From Chiloscyllium plagiosum (lineage: Eukaryota), in the NCBI RefSeq assembly GCF_004010195.1, contig NC_057711.1, forward strand, positions 80,129,457 to 80,193,456: 64,000 bases of DNA. The letters are read 5' to 3'. This document shows, in pieces, positions 39,400 through 52,669 of this stretch (positions are counted from its first letter, which is position 1; every line of letters starts with the position of its first letter). The notes under the pieces were generated by a model. That model had not been told where the DNA came from and did no database searches. It saw only the letters and a program-made list of their open reading frames with translations. Position numbers and translations under genes: made by a program.

Positions 39400-40745
39400 A
39401 GAGGCTAGGACGGAGCGAGTAACTCACCTCCTGACTCCTGAAAGCCTGCCCACCATCTACAAGGCACAAGTCAGGAGTGTGATGGTATATTTCCCATTTG
39501 CCTGAATGAGTGCAGCTCCAACAACACCCAAGACGCTTGACACCATCCAGGACAAAGTATCACTCTTAATTGACATCACATCTTCAAATGTGCACTCCCT
39601 TGCACCACCGATTTTCAGTAATAACAGTGTATACGATTTGCAGGATGCACTGCAGAAATTTACTAAGGCTCATCAAACAGTACCTTCCAAACTCATGACC
39701 ACTACTGCCTACAAGGAAAGCAAATCGTAGCAGGATTTTTACAGATAATGGTAAGGTCCTAGGGAGTGTTGCTAAACAAAGAGACCTTGAAGTGCAAGTT
39801 CATAGCTCCATGAAAGTAGAGTTGCAGGTAGATAGGATAGTGAAGAAGGCATTTGGTATGCTTTCCTTTATTGGTCAGAGTATTGAGTACAGGAGTTGGG
39901 AAGTCATGTTGCATTGGTTAGGCCATTGTTGGAATATTGCATGCAATTCTGGTCTCCTTTCTATCGGAAGGATGTTGTGAAACGTGAAAGGGTTCAGCAA
40001 AGATTTACAAGAATGTTGCCAGGGTTGGAGGATTTGAGCTATAGGGAGAGGCTGAATAGCCTGGGGCTGTTTTGCCTGGAGAGTTGGAGGTTGAGGGGTG
40101 ATCTTATAGAGGTTTATAAACTCATGAGGGGCATGGGTAGGATAAATAGACAAAGTCTCTTCCCTGGGGTGGGGGAGGCCAGAACTAGAGGGCATAGGTT
40201 TAGGGAGTGAGGGAAAGATTTAAAAGGGACCTAAGGGGCAACATTTTCACACAGTGGGTGGTACGTGTATGGAATGAGCTGCCAGAGGAAGTGATGGAGG
40301 CTGGTAAAATTGTAACATTTAAAAGGCATCTGGGTGGGGATATGAATAGGACGGGTTTGGAGGGATATGGGCTGGGTGCTGACAGGTGGAACTAGATTGG
40401 GTTGGGATATCTGGTTGGCATGGACGGATTGGACTGAAGGGTCTAGTTCCGTGCTGTACATCTCTATGACTCTATGACAAAGGTAACCGATACATGAGAA
40501 TACTTGCAGATTCCCCTCTAAGCCACTCAACATTCTGACTTGGAAATATATAGCTGTTCCTTCAGACATGCTGAGCTTAAATCCTGGAACTCCTTACTTA
40601 AATGCATTATGACTGTGCCTACACCAAATGTGTTGCAGCTCTTCAAGAATACAGTTCACCACCACCTTCTTAAGAGCAATTAGAAATGGGTAATAAATGC
40701 TGACCCTATCAGCAAAAGCTCATGTCCCTGAAATGAATATAGAAA
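39400..40745 (+). mobile_element. CR1/L2-clade LINE 3' end interrupted by a younger CR1
   Basis: TIYKAQVRSVM...MSAAPTTPKTLDTIQDK lies before about 39730. The element resumes at about 40480 and runs to GGGTAATAAATGCTGACC...GAAATGAAT. Confidence 0.7.
39745..40477 (+). mobile_element. CR1 LINE 3' portion (nested)
   Basis: ORF 39896..40210 reads LVRPLLEYCMQFWSP...RTRGHRF. (CTATGACT)n tail. Confidence 0.92.
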
Positions 40746-41129
40746 ATGTATAAAATGTATAAAATTTTGGAGCAAACGATTTCTGAGATACAGAATAGGG
40801 ACAAAGGAACATGACAGCCCTAACACATCATTCAACACCTCAAGTGCATTCTGAAATTCCAATTCATGGCTGATCAATTACCTCAATAGCACATGGAAAT
40901 ACTATTGCTGCACCCCTTGATGTCATTCAGAGCTAGAAATCTATTACAGTCCTCTGATTATAAAAAACTTTCCAAAATAGATACTAAATCAGAAGTTGAG
41001 CATATAAATATACTTCTATATAAAACAGGAATGTCACTAATGATATTTTCACTCACTAAATGGTTAAAGAAGCAAGAGATACATTTTTAGAGGCCTTGAA
41101 ATCCTTTGCAATAATTTTGACCTCAGAAT

Positions 41130-41900
41130 ATTAAAGTTCTTGAAACAATGAGATTTAATAGCAGAATTCTGCACCCAGGGAAATTACAGATGTATTTGTA
41201 AATAATATTAATTAGATTATAATTAATATATTAGAGGAAAAATGTGACTCTGGTGACTTGAAGTCAAAATTCATGACACAAAATTGTTGAATGGATTGGT
41301 GATGAATATTTTTCAGATTTCTTACAGCCCAGAAGGTCCAGTTCTAGACAACACCATTCAGATGGTAAGTGTGCAGAATCCTGGAAGCAACACAAATCAG
41401 TCCTCAGAGAAGTAGATCAACCTTGGCACAGGAAATCTGCAGAATCTCTTCAATTATGAAGTTATAAAAATGCAAACAACATGCATAAGAATCCAATGCA
41501 GCAAACAGAATGGGCACTGGATGCTAAAAACCCTAGTCGGATTCACAGACATGGACAGTTCCCAGCTATTAAAAGTGAATGCTTTATCTGTCACACAATA
41601 GCTGATTTTTGGAAAATGTGCAGGAGTAGAAGACAGTTTCAGAAAAGTGTGAAATCAAATATCTACCCATAGAAAGAGGTTAATGAAGTAGATCAGTCTG
41701 CAGCAGAAATAAAACCTGAAGTATACCTGGAGTAAATGGGATATTCAGATCTTACACTTTGAAAAGCTAATATTTATGTGAATGGTCATCTCATGAATTT
41801 CAAGTTAGACACTGATATAAGTGTCACTATATTATCCAAAAACAATATCTATAGCCAAAAGCAGTATAAGTACATGGAAGGCACAACATAGAAGAGACAA
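41130..41900 (+). mobile_element. Gypsy LTR-retrotransposon gag-protease remnant
   Basis: Decayed CCHC knuckle (FPAIKSECFICHTIADFWKMCRS) followed by the aspartic protease motif YVNGHLMNFKLDTDISVTIL (about 41775-41835). Confidence 0.7.
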
Positions 41901-43425
41901 CCAATGACCATTATTCAAGATATTGAAAGGAAGAAGTTACCTTTTTCAGAGACTCTAGTTACTGCAAAGAATAAATTGTGTGTTTCAGTATGAAAGACAT
42001 CTACCACAAAGAAGATCCAAGAGATTAAATATCTTTCATGTACTGCTGAGGAACATTTACCTTCTCAGCAGGGAAGACTTCGACGAAGGAATTCCAAGGT
42101 ATGAAAGATTGTGCAGTTTAAAAGGAACTACAGACCTCAGACTATCAAGAAGAGCATCAAAGTCAATAGTCTTCCACCCAGCACACTATCAATTTTCCAG
42201 ATCCAAAGATATACATTCTGGGAGAACAGTGACATTTCCAGATTGGTTAAACATGTAATAATGCAAACTTGAAGGTAGTTGGAATTATGGTAACTATAGT
42301 TATCTCTACAAATGTACAACAGAATAACAGGAAAAATCTTTGATTGAGGGAAATGTTGCGTAAAGAGTCTGAACTGATAATACTTAGGAGTGCCTTGAAC
42401 ACTATCCACTATGACCCACTATTAAAAGTGAATGCTTTATCTGTCACACATCTGATGATGTCATTGGGATTCATGGGCAGAACAGCTTAAGTTTTCAAAA
42501 CATTAAGATTTGATCCTACTTAAAGTCTCAGAAACACTGTATACCATGTCAATGTAACTTGCAATAAACTATATTTAATTAACTTTTATAAACTTTTCTA
42601 GGTGGACTGAGATGTGGTTTTCCCTCTATCACACTAAACCAAGCAGGCCTTATAGTTGCCAACATTTAGGGCATGCTGCATTAAGAGTTGACCTACCCAG
42701 GAATGAAATTATATCTTTTTGTTTTACTGGTGATTCTTTTCCTGTAAGATGAATGATATAAAATCATTTCCCTGAATCTTTGCTTCCTCTGTGGATGATT
42801 TTGGAGGCTGGTTGATTGACAACATGTCACAGTAAAGGAAACCTGAGGATATAGATCAATTTTCATTTGAAAAATGAAATGTTCCATTTGTCTGAATCCT
42901 CTATTAATCATTGTTCTTTCAAAGCCCTTTAAACATAACGTTACTAATGATTTTTTTTTCCTTTATGGTACATGTACATTGTGGAAACTGGATGGTTACT
43001 ATGTGTATCAGTTTTACGTGAACAAAAGTGTTTGATTCTCTTCTGGAGGAGGTCAACTCAGGGCCTGCCTTTTCACCATACCACAGTCAAACAAATCAAG
43101 GCACTTTTCTGTTGTTAAGGATAAGATTTGTCAAGAACCTGCAGTGAACTGAATAAGATGTATTCATTAGCACAGAATCATGAAGTTTTAAAAAGTCAAT
43201 ATCTGTGCAACTAGAATCCAAATATATGGCATATAATTTGGTCTGAATTAAGATCATATGTCTTGTTAAATGTAGCAAAGCACAGGAAAGATAAATGTAA
43301 CAATTCAGAAAGTCCAGCTGGAAAGGAACATAATTGATTGTTGAACACTATACATTGACTAGTTCCTGGCCTAGGACAGGCAGTTCTGCAAATCAATCCT
43401 TGGGTCAGCTTAATAAATATTTTCC

Positions 43426-43870
43426 AATCAACCCATTCAGAGGTGTTATTACACACCTCTAGACCAGGTGGGACTTGAAGCCAGCCCTTCTGGCTCAGAA
43501 GTAGGGACAGTATCTCTGCACTATAGGAACCCCGCATGGGTCTGCTTTATATATTTTTTTAATTTAACCTATTTTTGTAATCAACCTGATCAGAGATGTT
43601 ATTATATAAACCTGGAGCTGGTGGGACTTGAACCACAGCCTCCTGGTTCAAGGGTAGGCTCATTATAACTGCACCACAAGATGGTACCTTGCGTCTGCTA
43701 TTTTTAAAAATTTACCCCTATTTTGTTTTGATCAACCTGCTCAGAGATGTTATTACACGCCTAGGGAGCAACTGGGACTTGGAATCGGGCCTCCTGGTTC
43801 CGTGGTATGGACACTACCATTCTACCATAAGAAGGCCCCATGGGTCTGCTTTGTTTGTTTTTCTTTTTAA
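43426..43870 (-). repeat. Three tandem diverged units of about 152 bp, each with a tRNA-derived SINE head
   Basis: Units start at about 43426, 43579 and 43730 (ATCAACC...CAGAG.TGTTATTA...GGGACTTG). The minus strand shows B-box GGTTCAAGTCC in unit 2 and variants in units 1 and 3. Confidence 0.75.
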
Positions 43871-44825
43871 AAATTATTTTTAGTCATATTTTGTTCATAA
43901 AGTAACATTGAAAACAACTTGCAAGTTTGTCCAATCTTGAGGAAACAATATGTGGCACAACTACATGATAAAACTGAAAGATATTAAATACTGGGGAATG
44001 GAGAGAAATTAGAAGTATATGTGAGGCATGATTTCTTCAGAAGAGACATATAGCATTAACATTAAAACTAGCAAAGTGACTTTAGCAGTGATGCTTTGCC
44101 ATTATGTTGTGCAATGTTTTCCACCCCAGATCCCCAGTGATATTGGAAAATATCCATGTTTTGACCTTTGCTTGTGTTAGATTCTAAAATCTTCTATCAA
44201 GAGAATATAATGGATAAAGGAAAGAAAATCATTGTGTTTCTCTGAATAATTCCTCAAGATTTTTGCACCCATCTGATGAGATCCTGCAAAAGGCAACACT
44301 TTTCGCAGTGTGTCTCTCCTTCAGTATGTTTCCCTTAATGATGGAAGGTAAAAGCAATGAAAGGAAGAAACTTTAGTGTTTCATGTTACTTTGATTAAAA
44401 CAGATAACAATGTCCCTTGTCAAGAAATATTTGACTTTGCATTAGTTAGTTAGCCAATTTTATGCAGATCCTTCTGAAAACACTGAAGATGGAGTTTTGT
44501 AATCAAAGGTTGAATGGTGTAATTATACTTATAATGTTAAAACCATAACAAATAATGCTTTCCTTCCAATCTTGGATAGGGAGAGCCCTAAAATCAAAGA
44601 GAATACTTTATACAAATTTTAATTATTGTTTATTACAGAACATGCTGCAACTTCTTTACATGATTACATTTTGGAGTGTCTGCTTTCATTCAGTTATAGC
44701 ACCTTCAATTCTAAACCAGAGCTTGTCAATTCAAGCTACACTCCAGTTACTTAAGTACACCAATTGACCTATTAGTGCAATATTGTTGGATTTCTCAAAA
44801 GGTGCCACTTTTCACAAAACCACAT

Positions 44826-45322
44826 ACTGCATATACTCGTGTAAAAGTCAAGTTTTTTACACTATTTTTTAAGGTAATATTTATGGGGTCCACTATCACA
44901 TGGATACTAGTTTTGAAGGACTGGAATTCATGCTACACTCCATAATACGTATCATTAGCAGAAGCCCAATTGACCTCGAAATGAATAAAGAAACAGAACA
45001 CAACAAATTATGGTAATATAACTGTATTCCATGAGTGCTGCAGGGAAACTGAGCTCAGCTGAGCTGCAGACAAAGGGAGGTTGTCACCTGACTCTGACCT
45101 GATGCATCTTAAACTTTCATACCAAATAATAGCATGAAAATGATTTAATTATCTCATTGTCACATTTATATAAAGAATAATACTTTGACTCGTAAATGTT
45201 GACCTGTTATTTGTGAAGAACTAGAGTCAACTTTTACACAAGATATATGGAAAATTCCAGATGTTTTGACCAAAAATAGGTGTCGACTTTTACGTGAAAT
45301 TGACTATTGCTTGAGTATATAG
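44826..45322. mobile_element. Tc1/pogo-type non-autonomous DNA transposon (MITE), old
   Basis: Left end TACTGCATATACTCGTGTAAAAGTCAA and right end TTGACTATTGCTTGAGTATATAGG form imperfect TIRs. Subterminal GTC(A/G)ACTTTTAC repeats. The flanks look like a split Deu-domain SINE. Confidence 0.55.
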
Positions 45323-46171
45323 GGAGGATATCTCCTTTCAGGTGAATGAAGAATTTCCATGGCACAATGATAAGAAGTAAATGGAAGTTTTCCTAAAAGT
45401 TATTGAGGTTTACACAGGACTCTTAAACCTCAGAAGAGTTTTAATTTTACTTTCTCTATAATGTAGTTGTGAAGTGTTCTTTGCTGTTGAATGAAGAAAT
45501 ACTTGTCGGTGGAGCTTGTGTACTTAAAAATGAAGCAATGACTACTTTGAATAGTATTTTGTTTTCTTCATGGATGGATGAAGCCAATTCTCACATATTT
45601 CTTTTTATTCAGGAAAATGAAAGCTGAAATTGAAAATTAAAATTCACCAGAAACTTATAGATGAATAGCACAAGGCCATTTAATTTATGTCTGATTCATA
45701 TTTTTAATTTAATAGCTGCATTTATCTCTATCTTTTAGATATAGTGAACAAGAATATTTCATCTTTGAATTAATAGTAAGTGTCATTCTAAAATTGTTAA
45801 ATAAGAAATAATACTTAAATTAAAAAGTCAGATATTTCTGAGAAACAGTATGTATTTTACTTTTGTTTATTTATTTGATGAAAGTGAGAGGACAAATAGA
45901 ACTATGTTTGTGATTCCACTAGAGAGCAGTGTTCTTTAGTCTATGGTAGACTGCTTTCCAGCTATCTAATTGAGAAATTGACAGTATCTGTTATGTGACA
46001 AACATCCCACATATTGCTCTTATTAACAATTACACCAATATATGTTTGAACAATAAAATGTTAGCATATGCCACTGCATGCTTAAAAAGAAAACTTCTTG
46101 GCATTTTTTATCAACAGAAATAAATTCAAACAGCACCAGCTGAGTTGCTTTACAATTATTACAGCTCACTG

Positions 46172-47620
46172 TTACAAAGAACAAGGAACAATACAGCGCA
46201 CGAACAGGCCCTTTAGCCCTCCAAGACTGTGTTGACACAAGACATCTCTCTAACCTAAAAATCTTCCGCCTGTACATGGTACATATCCGTCTGTTCCCTG
46301 CTTATTCATAAATCTGTCAAGATGCCTCTTAAGCATCTGTCTCCATCACCCCTTCTGGCAGCTAATTCCAGATGCTTATCACACTTCGCGTAAAAAAAAC
46401 CCTGCCTCTCACATCTCCTTTAAATTTTCCCCCTTTTACCTTAGTCCTATGTCTCCTACTAGATGACATCTCTACCCTGGGACAAAAACTCTGACTATCC
46501 ATTCTATCTACGTCTCCCATTGTTTTGTAAATCTATATCAGGTTTTTCCCATCTGTCATTTAAGTGAAAACAAACCTAGTATGTCCAATTCCACCTCATA
46601 GCTAATACCCTCCAAACTAAGAAACATCCTAGTAAACCATTTCTGTATCCTCTCCAAAGACCCCACACCCTTTTGATATTGTAGCAACTAGAACTCTTCA
46701 CAATATTCCAAATGTGGCTGAATTAAAGTTCCATACGGTTCCAACAAGAGTTGGCAGTTTTTGTACTCTATGCCCCAACTGATGAAGGCAAGCATGCCAT
46801 ACATTCTTGACCACTTTCTCAACTTGTGTTGCCAATTTTAAGGAGCTGTGGACTTGTATGCCTAGAACTTTCTGTATGTTAATGCCACTAAGAGTTCTGT
46901 CATTTACTGTATTCTTCCTTCCTGCATTAGACCTTCAAAAATGCATCAGCTCACATTTACCCATATTAAATCAATCTACCATATCTTCTCCAAATCTCTA
47001 GCCTATCTGTGTTCTGCTTAATCCTCCTCACTATCCGCAACTCATGATTGCCTTGAATTCCTACAGTGAGGAAAGAATCTGTTTGGCCCATTAAATCTGT
47101 ACCGACCCTCCGTAGAGCATCCCATGCAGACTTTCACTATCCTGTAAACCTACATTTACCACAGCTAATCCACCTATCTGCATATCGCTGGACACCATGG
47201 ACAATTTATCATGGCCAATCTACCTGACTTACATATCTTTAGACTGTGGCAGGAAACCAGAACACCTAGAGGAATTCCACACAAAAATAGAGAGACTGTG
47301 CTAACTCCACACAGACAGTCACCCAAGGCTGGAATTGAACCCAGGTTGCTGGTGCTGTGAGGTTGTAGTGTTAACCATTGAGCCATTGTGCCATACTAAG
47401 CCGAATTCTGAGCCCTAACTGAGCTCCCCCCATCTCTAAGTCATCCACAAATTTACTGATAAGGTCATCTACATTTCTCTCGGGAGGTGCCAGCACTGAT
47501 TCTTCTGGAACACCATTGATCACAGATCTCCAGTCAGAAAAATATCTTTCCACAGCTACTTTCTGTGTTCTATGACGAAGCCAGTTCTATATCCACCTTA
47601 CTAGCTCACCATAGATCCCT
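46172..47620 (-). mobile_element. CR1 LINE 3' portion interrupted by an HE1 SINE
   Basis: AAAGAACAAGGAAC tail. ORF 47371..47553 reads FSDWRSVINGVPEESVL...ISKFVDD. Confidence 0.85.
47055..47397 (-). mobile_element. HE1-type SINE, near full length
   Basis: Minus strand TGGCTCAATGGTTAACAC (A-box) and GGGTTCAATTCC (B-box), plus the conserved body. Confidence 0.85.
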
Positions 47621-47639
47621 TTGAAAAATGATAACACAT

Positions 47640-48495
47640 GGAACCTTGGATTTAGACAAGTTAGGAGAGTGGGCAAAGAAGTGGCAGATGAAATACAACA
47701 TGGGAAAGACTGAGGTCATGCACTTTGATATGAAGAATAGAGGCATGGACTATTTTCTAAATAGGGAGAAAATTCAGAAATCTGAAGTGCAAAGGTACTT
47801 GGGAGTCCTAGTCCAGGTTTCTCTTAAGGTAAACTTGCAGGTTGAGTTGGCAGTTAGGAAGGCAAATAAAATGTTGTCATTCATCTCGAGAGGACGAGAA
47901 TATAAAAGCAGGGATGTACTTCTGAGGCTTTACAAGGCTCTGGTCAGACCACATTTAGAGAATTTTGAGCAATTTTGGGCCCCATACCTCAGGGGGTATT
48001 GGCTCTGGTGCAGGTCCAGAGGAGATTCATGAGAATGATCCCAGGTATGAAAGGCTTAATATATGAGGAGTGTTTGAGGACTCTGGGACTATACTCGATG
48101 GAGTTTAGAAGGATGAGGGGGGGATTTGATTGAAACTTTCAGAATAGTGAACGGCCTGGACAGAGTGGTCATTGGGAAGATGCTTCTATTGACGAGAGAG
48201 ATGAGAACCAGAGGGCACTGCCTTAGAGTAAAGCCCCTTTCGAATGGAGATAAGGAGAAACTGCTTTAGCCAGAAAGTGAGGAATTTGTGGAACTTATTG
48301 CCACGAAGGCTGTGGAGTTTGGGTCATTGTATTAAAAGCAGAGGTGGATAAGTTCTTGCTTGCCAAGGGAATTAAAGGTTATGGAAAGAAAGTAGGAAAA
48401 TGGGGTTGAAAAACCTATCAGCCATGATTGAATGATGGGGCAGACTCGATGAGCTAATGGCCTAATTTCTGCTCCTATGCCTTATGGTCTTCTGG
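47640..48495 (+). mobile_element. CR1 LINE 3' portion
   Basis: ORF 47628..48032 reads LDKLGEWAKKWQMKYNMGKTEVMHF...LYKALVRPHLE. CTTATGGTCTT tail. Confidence 0.92.
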
Positions 48496-50519
48496 TAATC
48501 AACAGTTACATTTGTAACTTAGCTCAGTTTATTTTTCAGTGTGAAACACAGTCATTATTTATTTTAGTAGCAAATCCTTAATGAATACTTGTTGCACCAC
48601 TTAAGTAATTGAGGACTCCAACTTTTTTTCACAGAAGTAACAAATTATGGTTTACGGCCGATTGGAACCATATACATTTTATACAAATTGAATCACATCA
48701 ATATTGACAGAATACTATAAGTGCAGTAAATGAATACATACTTTTTATTGTATAAATTGTATTATTCCGCTCTCGGATGCATGATAATGTGGATATGTTA
48801 TCAAAGAACAAAGATATAGCATAGAAGCAGTTCATAAATATGAATTTGAATTATTAATATACAAATTGGAATAGAAATATGCCATTTGACCTTTCATGCC
48901 TGTTCTACCATTCTAGAAGATATGAATATATCTTTGTCTGATATGAATCCAACTCCACATTCCTAGCTACCCTTGAAAGCCTTTCACTTCAAGACCAAAC
49001 ATGCAATGCAACACCCAACATAACCATAACGTACTCAAGTGGAATAAGTTTCACTACATTTTGCAGCAATCCACTTTATACAGTGAAATCTTTCAAAATG
49101 TTTTTATTGTATTTATAAATTCTCAAGTTTCTTTTATTTTACTATGCTTTGCTGTAATAGTGCACTGCTGAGACTAATTTTCTTTGAAACGAAATGTTCA
49201 ATGTCAACCTTCTGGAATTTGTCTGAGCCTAGTTGAAATTTCCATGTCAGTGGAGTTATGAATCATTTGAAATAACTTGGAACTGTAGAAAGGCATGAAA
49301 GGTAGGCAGCACACCAGGGTGCCAACCAACATTTTTGAAAGAGATCAGCTGGAATAATTGACACTCAGTACACTCGCTTATTGCAGTTGCTTTAGTCAAC
49401 ACATTTAGTTCAGGAGGAACACGGGCATATAAGGAAGGTGACAGCAGCCATTTCAGCAAGAAACTTGGGTTCACCTCAAGTGCAGTCAGGAACTATGGCC
49501 ACTGAAGAGAAAGCGGCTGATTTATGTGTCTGTGCAGACATGTTAAAAGATGGGATGAAGAAGTATATTGGTAGATTTCATCACTTCTTTCTGTGAAAAT
49601 ATGATTTTAACCATCGTTCTTGGAATTTTCTGACACCTAACTTATATTGATGTTTGGTGCCAGCAATGGGATGCTATTCTTATTTTCATTCTTTTGAGAG
49701 TATATAGTTAAAATCACAAACTGAATTCTGTGAATTTGAAAAAAAACTGAAAACAGCTTTAGTAAAATGAGGCTGTTTACTTGTAAAGTCACTCAAAGGC
49801 CATATTGTTGTATTTTTGGAACGAAATGTGCATTGCAACTGCCATAGTATAGTATTTTGAAAACATCTTTAGATTTTTATTTCACTGTTGGATGATGACT
49901 GACATTAAGCTGATCAATAAGAACTTTAGTCATTCCAATGTTTGACTTGGCATACTGCAGCAGTTCCATCAAGACTCACTTTCATCCTATTACCTGTCAA
50001 AGCAGTTGTCAATGATGTCCCTTATGGTTTGTATTTGGCACAATATTATGTTATACATGAAAACCCTTATAAACAGGTACATAATACCAGCACACAATTC
50101 AAACCTGCAAGTCCACTTCTAATGCAATCACAGTATACTGAATTTGTAATCCAAATAAAATATTTGCATGCTTAATGCTGATCTAAGTAGAGTTTTATGC
50201 TCAGCATGTTAACTTTAGATAATCCATTGCCAAGTTTCATCGCAATACATTTGAAGAAATGTATATATGTCAAAATGAAACATACAATTATATTACATAT
50301 TTTTGACATTTCCTGTTGCTGAATTAATCCTTGGAAGAATTGTGGTTGCATTTAATTCAAGTGTGGAAAATACTGATCCATGTATAATAATAAACCAAGA
50401 GCAGACTGTTTCGCTAAATGAATTATGGATTTATCAAAATTTAACTCTACCCATATACTGAGAAATAGTCAGCAGTCACTGGACCATAAGACAATTCATT
50501 TGCCACTTGGCTCATGACT

Positions 50520-50745
50520 CCAGGGCTCAATCACCAAACACAAGCCCTACCTGCAGATAATGAGAAGTACGTTGCTGCACAAATGTTGTCAAACAGATCA
50601 TTGGAGTGTTTAAGCAACATTTCCACAATCTGGATCCACTGTGGAGGAGCCCTACAGCACCTGCTAGAGAATGTGTCGTGACTCAGTTAATCTGCTGTAC
50701 TCTGCTTAACCTATACCACATGAGGGCACAACACTTGCCACCAGA
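50520..50745 (+). mobile_element. PIF/Harbinger transposase C-terminal fragment
   Basis: Decayed NVVKQIIGVFKQHFHNLD...ICCTLLNL corresponds to the HARBI1-family motif E..IGVLK.RFRCL...CC.LHN. Confidence 0.6.
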
Positions 50746-51039
50746 GATAAAGGGTAAAGTTGCCATGGGCTGTTCTCTCATTAGAGAGATGACTGGGCGT
50801 GACTTAATCTGAGCGTCACCATGCCACAGCTGAAGAAAAAGGTTGAGAAGGAGAATCCTTCAAAGTAACCTCAGCCAGTGAGGGAATACAGTGAACAGTT
50901 AAGATGGAAGGGAAGTGAAAAGGATGAAAAAAAGGAGGCAAACAATATATCTTAATTTCTCTATTTCGGAGGAATTCCCTGCTCTGAGCTGTTGATACTG
51001 AGTCATGGGGTTTATTCATCATATCATAGGCACTCCTTC

Positions 51040-52520
51040 ACAGATGAAAATTACTCTCTTATACACTTAGGGTGAGTCTGTAAGTGCCTGTACTAACAGA
51101 TACAGCTACTGCAGGCTCTGTTACACTTGGTGCAGGTGGTGGTCACAGGAAGGGGCAGATGGGGCAGTAGATTGACAATGTGTTCCTTTCGCTGTTTTCC
51201 CTGGCTTCCATTTTTTCCCAACAGCAAGTCTTGAGATACTTGATGCCTTCCCAAATGCTCTTCCTCCTCTTTGGATGGTCTTGGGCCAGTGATTTTTGGG
51301 AATGGTATCTTCAGGAATGGTGCATTTCACCAGTGCAGTCTTGGGGGTATCGCTGAAGTACCTGCCATTTCAAAGCTGGGATTACAGCAACTGCTTGGGA
51401 GGGGTCACATGTCGGTCATGTGGCCGATGTGTCTAGCCCATCACAGCTGATCAAGAGTGGTCAATGCCTCGATAGTAGGGTTGTTGGCCTGGTCAAGGAT
51501 GCTGGTGTTGGTGAGTCTTTCTTCCCAGCAGATTCACAGGATATTGCACAGGTAGTGTTGGTGGTCTTGCTGCAGACAGTCCATGTCTCAGAGCCACATA
51601 GGAGGGTGAGGATCATCACATTTCTGTAAACCATGATCTTGTTGTCAGATCTGATGTAGTTGTTCTTGATAACCCTTTTTGTCAGGCAGTCGGAGGCTCC
51701 CTGGAAATGATACTGGATCTCCGAGCCTTTTCACCGAGCATCTCAGCCGGGCCCTCAGGAGCCGACCTGACCTCTCAGTGATGGCCCATCTCAATTCCCC
51801 TACCCACTCCCTCTCTGACATGACCATCCACAACTGCCTCCATTGCCACAGTGAATCAAACTGCAAATTGGAGGAACAACACCTCATCTTGTGCCTGGTT
51901 AGCCTACAGCCCGGAGGACTCTACATTGAGTTCTCTAACTTCAAATAACCTCCCTTCCCTTCCCCAACTCCCTTCCCCGCTCCTCCTCCTCCCTTCCATT
52001 CCCTTTCATTGACACTTCCTTCCAGTTAACAACTGGATTCGTTCCTCTCATCGACCAACCAGCTCGCACCCTATACCTGTGCTCACCTAAGACCACCTCA
52101 CAATTCAGCCCCTTTCCCCTCCTAAACACTCCCACCCCTTTATCTGCAGCTCCCCTGCCCCCACACCCAGTTCTGAAGAAGAAACATTGACTTCTCCACC
52201 CCCTGATGCTGCCTGGCTTGCTGTGTTCTTCCAGCCTCCTGTTTGTCTCTCTTCAGCAATAGCTGCTTGGGCTGACAGGATCCTTCTGAGGTATTGGAGG
52301 TGGTCAACCTTCTCTAAGACCTTTCCATGGACCTTGATGATTGGGGGGTTTGCTCCATAATACCAGGTCTGGCTGATTAAGGAATATATTGAAGTTTGAA
52401 TCAGTGCCGATTGTGCTGCATTGGAAACTGAAATGACAGTCATCAGGCAATGCTTCATGCTGGGGTCCAAAACTGTGGGAAATGAATTGATCATCATTTC
52501 TAAAGTACAAAAGTTAGGCT
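51040..52520 (-). mobile_element. RTE-clade LINE 3' portion, interrupted by a PLE
   Basis: Minus frame IKVHGKVLEKVDHLQYLRRILS lies upstream of the PLE. RTE-like C-terminal sequence lies downstream (GGATACCCCCAAG/CTTCAGCGATACC block, short Cys/His tail). Confidence 0.7.
51722..52248 (+). mobile_element. Penelope-like element 3' portion (same family as 353-1790)
   Basis: ORF 51679..51948 reads FTEHL...HLNSPTHSLSDM...KLEEQHLI...GLYIEFSNFK. The hammerhead remnant CTGAAGAAGAAACATTGAC has stem II deleted (about 52170-52192). Confidence 0.9.
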
Positions 52521-52669
52521 CGAATAAAACCACATCCAAACTCCCCCATACCTTTGACTGTGACTGCAGGCTTTCTGCTAATGCAGCCAGCATTTATGCA
52601 TTCACACTCATCAGCATTATATTTGTATTCTATCCCATTTTTGTGTTTCCCATGTGATTGCTTTTTTAT

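Noticed and set aside
43426..43870. tRNA gene cluster or CRISPR-like array
   Set aside because: The units are diverged SINE-like heads with no cloverleaf and no constant-repeat/unique-spacer pattern, and the context is eukaryotic.
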